Positions 60,661-64,000 of a stretch of DNA of 64,000 nucleotides are shown in pieces. Each line of letters begins with the position of its first letter. Within the stretch, counting starts at the first letter, position 1. The notes under the pieces were generated by a model. That model was given only the letters and a program-made list of their open reading frames with translations, made no database searches and was not told the DNA's origin. A program made the position numbers and the translations under genes. Origin of the DNA: Octopus sinensis (lineage: Eukaryota); contig NC_042999.1 of assembly GCF_006345805.1 (NCBI RefSeq), positions 23,312,001 to 23,376,000 of the forward strand, given 5' to 3'.

Positions 60661-62383
60661 CGAAACTTCGCCTATATATATATATACATACCACTATTTA
60701 ATAAGATCCTTCTATGATATACTTCTATCTAGTCTCGCCTATAGATATTGAGTGTTTCAATATACATATGTGTGTATGTGTGTAATGACAAAATATTTTC
60801 TAGGGAGGCCATAAATCAACAGGTTTGGGATCTGGCGATACGCTAAGCGTTTTATGGACGAAACCCAGGGTAATCCCATAAACCGGCCTTATCTAAATCT
60901 ATCGATCTGTGTGTATGTATACATATGCGGAGTAGATGAAACAGGGACAACTGAAGAAGGGGAATATTCCTTGTGTTGTATGTGTTGTACTCTGTTTTTT
61001 CGTTGTTTGAAAAAAAGTTCGTTTCCATGTTTTTGTTTTTATGTTTTCGTTTCTCATTGTGTTCAACGTTTTTTTGATGTCCTGTACCCATATATGCATA
61101 TATATATATATACATATAGATGTAGGTATGTACATATATGTATATATATATATAAAATATTAGGGAATAAATCCAAACTTACAGGCAAAAATCAGATTTA
61201 GGATTAAATCCAATTTTATAGTATAAATATATTATATTAAATTAGAGATAAAACCACTATTAGGCAAATCAAACAATGAACACCAGAAAGCAACCACGTA
61301 TATATAATAGACAAGTTAAATTAATGGCCATTACATATAATTCCTTTCTTATAGCAAATTTGTATGTGTGTAGAGATGAAATCTTGAAGTCTGAACTCAA
61401 AATAATAGAATTTACTAAATGCGAACCCCCACTACAAGCTTTCGTTGTTTTCTGCAAATAAATAAAAATGCTAAATAATACACACACATACATGTATACT
61501 GACAGATAGATTCATATTTGAATAATTAACTTGTGAGTCAGCTGCTTGAATCATCATAAGCGCGCACAAATACAGGGTTTGGCACTGAAGACGTCGTCAT
61601 TAATACAATTCCATCTTGTCTGAGCACCAGAAAACAACCACGTATAATAAAATAAGAAATTCATGTAAAGGTGGAAAGACGAAAATCGAGTGTTGCTAGG
61701 GTTGTTTAGCTCCCGAGTCAATTCTGATAGACTAGATATATGATCAAAATGAACTTCTGCCGTAAATTATACGAGGGATAATACAACATAATTACCAACA
61801 GCCTTTATGTTTCAATTCAAAGTTGTTTACCACGAAACGGTTAAATAGAAGTTGTGTTAATTAGGGTCTATTTCTTCTGTTCATTTATTCTATTGACTAT
61901 GAATTAAACAGCATTCTGCCTTCTCAAATTTACCAAATTTCATATCAATCACAACCATAACATTGTTATAAGACAACACATTTGGCTTCGACCCATCCGT
62001 GACCCATCTTTAATTAACTTTGGAGACTCAGATTAAGGAGTATTTCTTTAATTCTTTTTTTGTGTGTATGTGTGTGTGGAAGGAATTAGAGATTTAGCTG
62101 CTGTCTTTTGCAATTCAAGACTCCGTCGTTAGCTCAAAACTAAATGTTTGTTGCTTCCCCCGCTAAGAAAATTTGAAGAATTTCCAGAAAGAAAGAAAAA
62201 GGGTCAATTAGCAAAAAAAAAAACAGATAAAAAACAACAAAAAAACCCAAAAGTTTCCAGACACACCGAGGTGTGATTAACAATAAATTGACACCCCCAT
62301 CATATTATCCAACATAGTAATTTACTTACAGCCGTGGGTCCATTTCGCAATAAGTCAGGCGCTGTCTTCGTTTTTGAAGACAT
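12491..62383 (-). CDS. HAUS6: HAUS augmin-like complex subunit 6 (Dgt6/FAM29A), 22 coding exons, 822 aa (whole-gene span)
   Basis: Hand-spliced exons total 2469 nt in one frame with GT-AG introns and matching phases. The N-terminal domain has HAUS6 motifs: LLLGFD, NMFAVPN...ILYFLMEKLD, FRGFWPVFDKKQEQYFRKELCNWL, SLFLSPGGYKF...LSRYV, LYKRGKLDIV and DAFQSKDKLARSP. Confidence 0.9.
12618..13183 (-). mobile_element. Internally deleted mariner (Tc1/mariner) element with intact ends
   Basis: About 30-bp TIRs TTGG.T.GTCCGGAAAGTTCGTGCCGATTT with TA on both sides. The N-terminus MEDKKVHFRH is joined out of frame to the C-terminus LGWDVLPHPPYSPDIVPSDFRLFRSL...GIFKLKERW. Confidence 0.92.
14185..14271 (-). 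CDS. HAUS6: HAUS6 exon 21
   Basis: tttcag|(I)SLPGSVETTPTCSEQRSFRLSLSDKPLE|gtgaga, 87 nt. Confidence 0.8.
16305..16890 (+). mobile_element. Family C element with an internal tandem duplication of about 187 bp
   Basis: CCCCTTGCTTGC.AAGACATGTTGGGGCAAGCGAAATCG... occurs at about 16311 and about 16505; ends in (GAT)n. Confidence 0.8.
18388..18855 (-). CDS. HAUS6: HAUS6 exon 20 (Ser/Pro/acidic-rich)
   Basis: ttccag|(D)SGIEESKSDIFPLLSP...DFCQTNSQ|gtaagt, 468 nt; overlaps ORF 18332..18769. Confidence 0.85.
20613..22560 (-). mobile_element. CR1-clade LINE ORF2 remnant (reverse transcriptase), frameshifted, 3' end replaced by a family B SINE fragment
   Basis: ORFs 21557..22222 (PGLDGV, WKTASVIPLFKKG, YRPISLTS, QFGF) and 20537..21379 (SGVPQGSVLGPLLF, YADD, ERDLGVI, VRPHLEFASPVWNP). 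Confidence 0.92.
22730..22813 (-). CDS. HAUS6: HAUS6 exon 19
   Basis: ttacag|(S)MDAFQSKDKLARSPVKPPKHQKLMLPK|gtatta, 84 nt; resembles the HAUS6 'F..R..I.RTP' motif. Confidence 0.84.
24087..24147 (-). CDS. HAUS6: HAUS6 exon 18
   Basis: ttacag|VVDCYKTGGNADLQDVTEAL|gtatgt, 61 nt. Confidence 0.82.
24974..25252. repeat. Near-perfect palindrome with 138-bp arms and a 3-nt loop
   Basis: Arms 24974-25111 and 25115-25252 are reverse complements with one visible mismatch; loop TTG at 25112-25114. The right arm continues as the repeat also seen at 2100-2256. Confidence 0.9.
25910..26011 (-). CDS. HAUS6: HAUS6 exon 17
   Basis: tttcag|NTDNTKASSLRRPTRIKVPAKLSHEKAMKDYVSS|gtaagt, 102 nt. Confidence 0.84.
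26377..26457. repeat. 30-bp tandem repeat, about 2.7 copies
   Basis: CAAACTTCTTAACCACCACGGCCACCCCTG repeated; resembles a reversed SINE 5' end. Confidence 0.8.
26511..26661 (-). CDS. HAUS6: HAUS6 exon 16
   Basis: ttgcag|(M)LSEDLITLKATKQ...NKDVNKK|gtataa, 151 nt. Confidence 0.82.
27797..27911 (-). CDS. HAUS6: HAUS6 exon 15
   Basis: ctttag|(I)LNSEEEAKKILEAATIAVQNCTEQKPINLIDTVKKNS|gtaaat, 115 nt. Confidence 0.82.
29215..29433. mobile_element. TTAA-type (piggyBac-like) MITE family (also about 14327, 25800, 26728, 51830-52056)
   Basis: Ends (TTAA)CCCTTTAGCATT...AATGCTAAAGGG(TTAA) with a shared internal sequence. Confidence 0.6.
29794..29896 (-). CDS. HAUS6: HAUS6 exon 14
   Basis: tttcag|VMIPHSPPPENFLLMPGKKEHLSQSGKSILDSTT|gtgggt, 103 nt. 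Confidence 0.82.
29998..30305 (+). mobile_element. tRNA-headed SINE, family D, nested in a family A SINE (related copies about 19030-19298, 29436-29672, 35208-35467)
   Basis: Box A TGGCCTAGTGG and box B GGTTCGAATTTC; TSD ACTATAGGTACA on both sides. Confidence 0.8.
31699..31798 (-). CDS. HAUS6: HAUS6 exon 13
   Basis: tttcag|(R)QEITDVLEESKDSVHYLTEKLSDNCDKVDAKTL|gtgagt, 100 nt. Confidence 0.86.
32420..32757 (-). mobile_element. RTE-clade LINE ORF remnant
   Basis: GEKLDVVDSFRYIGD...RIRIAWAKFRKLLPLL...KGRLY; same family as 39545-40040. Confidence 0.8.
33287..33377 (-). CDS. HAUS6: HAUS6 exon 12
   Basis: atttag|(V)NVSDCKETISEFETLSKNHSKYLENIESM|gtatgt, 91 nt. Confidence 0.86.
34708..34763 (-). 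CDS. HAUS6: HAUS6 exon 11
   Basis: tttcag|(S)LIKLSNFSLQMYHEKLQS|gtaaga, 56 nt. Confidence 0.86.
35560..35606 (-). CDS. HAUS6: HAUS6 exon 10
   Basis: ttttag|EKVESLYKRGKLDIV|gtaagg, 47 nt. Confidence 0.88.
35832..36203 (-). mobile_element. Family A SINE dimer
   Basis: One head and two bodies; TSD TAATTATTTCAGTAA. Confidence 0.78.
36600..37444 (-). mobile_element. Internally deleted Helitron retaining a PIF1-type helicase fragment
   Basis: The 3' end has the hairpin CCCGAGCAACGCCGGG followed by CTAG|T (36603-36600). ORF 36676..37197 has AILAPRN, YPIEVLNS, GLPPHFLKLKVGAPIMLIRNL and CNGTRLIV. The 5' end TT(TC-derived)TATATATAAAAG is at about 37444. Confidence 0.88.
37768..38217. mobile_element. 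MITE with about 50-bp TIRs starting GGC and an 8-bp TSD (Merlin-like)
   Basis: GGCGATGTTTCGCTTGT...CCGTCGATTTCCGTAAAAAA versus TTTTTTACGGAAATCGACGG...CGAAACATTGCC; TSD GATATAGG at 37760-37767 and 38218-38225. Confidence 0.75.
38997..39170 (-). CDS. HAUS6: HAUS6 exon 9
   Basis: catcag|IKHQWKDILHQIQSQNADRETIQSVI...IPDQLLQVKEKEIQE|gtaaac, 174 nt. Confidence 0.88.
39375..39429 (-). CDS. HAUS6: HAUS6 exon 8
   Basis: acccag|(N)TKENCDGTDESRNEVLYW|gtaagt, 55 nt; supplies the phase 2 to 0 bridge between exons 7 and 9. Confidence 0.8.
39545..40118 (+). mobile_element. RTE-clade LINE ORF remnant plus (GAT)n tail
   Basis: WKQGLESKGLRVNLAKTKVL...CSICRKGV..NSI.C, then LEVVDSFRYLGD...RIRIAWAKFRELLPLL. 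Confidence 0.85.
41392..41475 (-). CDS. HAUS6: HAUS6 exon 7
   Basis: cccaag|(K)KLTEEYKIQFKKINRMNSSLKDALKEN|gtgagt, 84 nt. Confidence 0.88.
42994..43035 (-). ncRNA. Minimal type I hammerhead ribozyme (copy 1, intact core)
   Basis: Minus strand: UCCAGA CUGAUGA UGAG-CAAGA-CUCA GAAAC AU GUC^UCUGGA. Stem I 6 bp, stem II 4 bp, palindromic stem III ACAUGU, predicted cut between 43000 and 42999. Confidence 0.8.
43355..43396 (-). ncRNA. Minimal type I hammerhead ribozyme (copy 2, stem II damaged)
   Basis: Minus strand: UCCAGA CUGAUGA CAAG-CAAGA-CUCA GAAAC UA GUC^UCUGGA. Palindrome ACUAGU, predicted cut between 43361 and 43360. Confidence 0.7.
44525..44693 (-). CDS. HAUS6: HAUS6 exon 6
   Basis: ctgtag|(C)NIKDGYLRCPTLKP...LKLYWKWQEAT|gtaagc, 169 nt. 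Confidence 0.88.
44765..45247 (+). mobile_element. CR1-clade LINE 3' end with (TTA)n tail
   Basis: LADTHKIINHL...RGHVYKV...FFTLRVAEVWNKLP, 3'UTR and (ATT)n; same family as 20613-22560. Confidence 0.88.
46190..46316 (-). CDS. HAUS6: HAUS6 exon 5
   Basis: tcccag|EDPEAGFNSVFPSLFLSPGGYKFEQFLFYLSRYVLLKTLKKE|gtaata, 127 nt. Confidence 0.92.
46383..46583 (+). mobile_element. RTE/BovB-like LINE C-terminal fragment
   Basis: SLEKDIMLGMVSGKR...RPRTHWLDTI...AQDRTDWR. Confidence 0.8.
47301..47382 (-). CDS. HAUS6: HAUS6 exon 4
   Basis: ttgcag|(R)GFWPVFDKKQEQYFRKELCNWLNKIAQ|gtaggt, 82 nt. Confidence 0.92.
48569..48664 (-). CDS. HAUS6: HAUS6 exon 3
   Basis: tttcag|(E)NMFAVPNNKGALPILYFLMEKLDPEEAKTRF|gtatga, 96 nt. 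Confidence 0.92.
49075..49890 (-). mobile_element. Decayed L1/Tx1-like reverse transcriptase remnant
   Basis: Fragments DRVNHRFLTVVLKAAGF, YADDIT (GCATATGCAGATGACATCACA) and LLDVWFGPDF..EKNW. Confidence 0.6.
50871..51004 (-). CDS. HAUS6: HAUS6 exon 2
   Basis: ttcaaag|EPSAIKKLRVNEQQQRLRQSFFTNILLLGFDREAQEKKDHLQYN|gtaagt, 134 nt. Confidence 0.9.
51139..51613. mobile_element. Two adjacent copies of a TTAA-flanked MITE of about 225 bp
   Basis: TTAACCCTTT.GTTA...GGGTTG.TA..GAAAG..TT.A at 51139-51361 and 51386-51615. Confidence 0.7.
53206..53570 (-). mobile_element. Non-autonomous Helitron
   Basis: Minus strand begins A|TCTCTAAATATATAAA and ends with the hairpin CCCGGCAACGCCAGG...CTAG|T. Confidence 0.75.
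56865..57373. mobile_element. Fold-back element with about 245-bp imperfect arms (MULE-like MITE); fragment at 35047-35148
   Basis: GGATCTTTTCCTTTTGAA...TTCAAAAGGAAAAGATCC ends; inner CATTTGCTGCGTCTAAAACTGA...TAACTAACCCTC versus GAGGGTTAGTTA...TCAGTTTTAGACGCAGCAAATG. Confidence 0.82.
58290..58860 (+). mobile_element. Remnant of an RLE-endonuclease non-LTR retrotransposon (CRE-like)
   Basis: WIDTLP..NIG..L...ISIALRVG...CHCG..LD..G.H...IPSVLELVGLSRSDGKRLDGLTL: a zinc knuckle plus a KRPDG-type restriction-like endonuclease start. Confidence 0.7.
59392..59895 (-). mobile_element. Deleted hAT (SPIN/Charlie-like) element
   Basis: TIRs CAGGGGTCACCAAAT and ATTTGGCGACCCCAG. The minus strand encodes SVFGTTYVYKQTFSKLKYVKSAHR (hAT dimerisation motif FGSTY.CE..FS). 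Degenerate 8-bp TSD GTCT.T.. Confidence 0.8.
60200..60484. mobile_element. Second Merlin-like MITE with an 8-bp TSD
   Basis: GGCGATCTTTCGTCTCTAGTAGACCTTT...AAAGGTCTACTAGAGACGAAAGATTGCC; TSD AAAAAAAG; an internal block of about 110 bp is shared with 38031-38148. Confidence 0.75.
60822..60884 (+). ncRNA. Degenerate type I hammerhead-like motif (different family)
   Basis: GGTTT GGGAT CTGGCGA ... ATGGAC GAAAC CCAGG GTA^ATCCC AT AAACC; core A6 changed to G and stem II incomplete. Confidence 0.5.
62330..62383 (-). CDS. HAUS6: HAUS6 coding exon 1 (MSSKTKTAPDLLRNGPTA)
   Basis: ATG in AAAGAATG context, 18 codons, donor GCT|GTAAGT; phase 0 matches exon 2. Confidence 0.75.
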
Positions 62384-63049
62384 TCTTTCAACTGCAAAAG
62401 TAATCCGACAGTTAAAATATCCGCCACTAAAACTACCCGGATGTACGTATTTATTTACAGCAGTAGATACGTATTTTTAGCTTTTTTTTTTAATTTATTC
62501 AAGTATAAAAAAAAAAGGAAAAGGAATTAAGTTAAATCAAATTAGATAAGAAATAATTAAAAGGTTTAGTTAATTTCTGAAATATATTCTTATTTGACGA
62601 AAATTATGGGAAAAAATATCGATGTAAAGCAAAAAAATACTTTTGACATTTGTTGGCTCAGATAATGTAATGGCTGTGAAAGATTAAATTGTCTTCTCAC
62701 TACTGTATTTGTTTACATATATAATGCTAGAAATATAATGCAAGATATCTGGGTCAAAATTGAGGATAACATCGTACCTGAACCTTTAAAAAAAAAACCC
62801 AGAAAAATACATAAATTATATTTATTTTAAGGTACAAAAACTGGTGGTCGCATTATATTTGAATATATTTGAGATAGCCCAAAATTTCGTGCAATTTATT
62901 AAATATGTATATATACATATGATGTAGATATTTATTGATGGTGAATAAAATAAATAATTTGCTCCGGAGAAGAAAAATGTTTTATATGATGTACGTAAAG
63001 TCGGCTAAGATTTGGCTTCCAAAGTATTTGTATCTCAATATCAACAACG
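62384..63049. promoter_or_regulatory. HAUS6 5'UTR/promoter, possibly bidirectional
   Basis: Lacks the common SINEs, CpGs retained near both ends, ETS-like CCGGATGT at about 62437; lies between the HAUS6 ATG and a candidate + strand ATG. Confidence 0.4.
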
Positions 63050-63095
63050 ATGACCTCGGTCAAATCTGTTTCGCGGCTCAGCTGTCTTTGCCGAA
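63050..63095 (+). CDS. Candidate first coding exon of a divergent gene (MTSVKSVSRLSCLCR, resembles a mitochondrial presequence)
   Basis: CAACAACG ATG context, 46 nt, consensus donor CGAA|GTAAGT; no homology recognised. Confidence 0.4.
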
Positions 63096-64000
63096 GTAAG
63101 TTCCTTGTTTTTTTGTCTCCACATATACACCACAGACATGTATATATACTTACACTCACACACACAAGCACTAAACCCCGGGTGTGCGGTATTCTTTACC
63201 TTCGTTGCATAATTACATAATTGTGGTCTTCGACTTTGTTTCCTCATAACTCAGTGAAAATACGTATTTTTTAAAATGAAATTTTTAAAAAATACTTTTC
63301 AGAATGGCATAGATTACGATTATATAGGATTTTAATGCGAAAAAATAATTGGTAGACGTACACACACACACACACACTCACACACATACATACTAACACA
63401 TAAATATTATTCTCTATAAATTTAGACTTCTAATAACAAACCTGTGTTGGTTTTTAAGAGGGAAAATGGTATTTGAGAACGATTTCCTGCACTGCAACAT
63501 GAAAATAAATATACCGTCAATTACATAACAGAAATAAACAAGGATAAGACATCTTCAAACATGATACACCTAAACCACATGTTCTCTGAAACAAACTCAA
63601 CTTCAGACAACTATACAAGGAAATAACAAGAAGGAAATCATAGAAAACCAGAAAACTGGAAAATATTTGTATCCAACGTAACCCCCGCCTCCAACTAATA
63701 ACGAAACAATATATCGATAATGCTCAATAATTTTGGTAAATTAAATCAGAAAATTGGACAAAAGGGAGAACACAATTGAAAAAAAATCAAGACGATCTTT
63801 CGTTACGAGAACACACGACTGCTAGTTACAAACCATGTGTGTTTATATACATTTGTGAAGATGATCGTTGTTACTAGTACCGTAAGATGGCCAAAATTAA
63901 AAAGGAAAAAACCAAAACAATTCACCACCTTAGGATGAAAAGTTGGGGGCGCTGGGAAACCTCTATAAGGGCTATTGAGGCACGCCTGTAGAGTTGCCAC

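Noticed and set aside
60936-60972. GAAAC...CTGAAGA-AGGGGAATATTCCTT motif
   Set aside because: No GAAA follows the stem and no NUH/stem I arrangement is present; at most a repeat remnant.

Overview
AT-rich, repeat-dense eukaryotic DNA. The SINE/LINE repertoire looks like a coleoid cephalopod (Octopus-type) genome; this is an inference. Reading splice sites by hand gives two minus-strand genes that the ORF track mostly misses. The first is a complete 22-coding-exon HAUS6 (augmin subunit 6/Dgt6) gene: ATG 62383 to TGA 12491, 2469 nt CDS, 822 aa, all introns GT-AG and phase-consistent. The second is the 5' part of LSM6 (first coding exon 842-935). A possible first exon of a divergent + strand gene starts at 63050. 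Introns and intergenic DNA hold tRNA-headed SINEs, RTE-related elements with (GAT)n tails, CR1, RTE, Tx1 and CRE-like LINE fragments, mariner, hAT, Merlin-like and piggyBac-like DNA elements, Helitrons and several long fold-back palindromes. The best lead is in HAUS6 intron 6: a 360-bp-period direct repeat (42831-43451) in which each copy carries a minimal type I hammerhead ribozyme with a palindromic stem III, in the sense orientation of the pre-mRNA. This is a retrozyme/Penelope-pLTR-like architecture predicting a 361-nt self-excised, circularisable RNA. Decayed hammerheads of other families also occur. Repeat boundaries are approximate and only representative SINE copies are listed.
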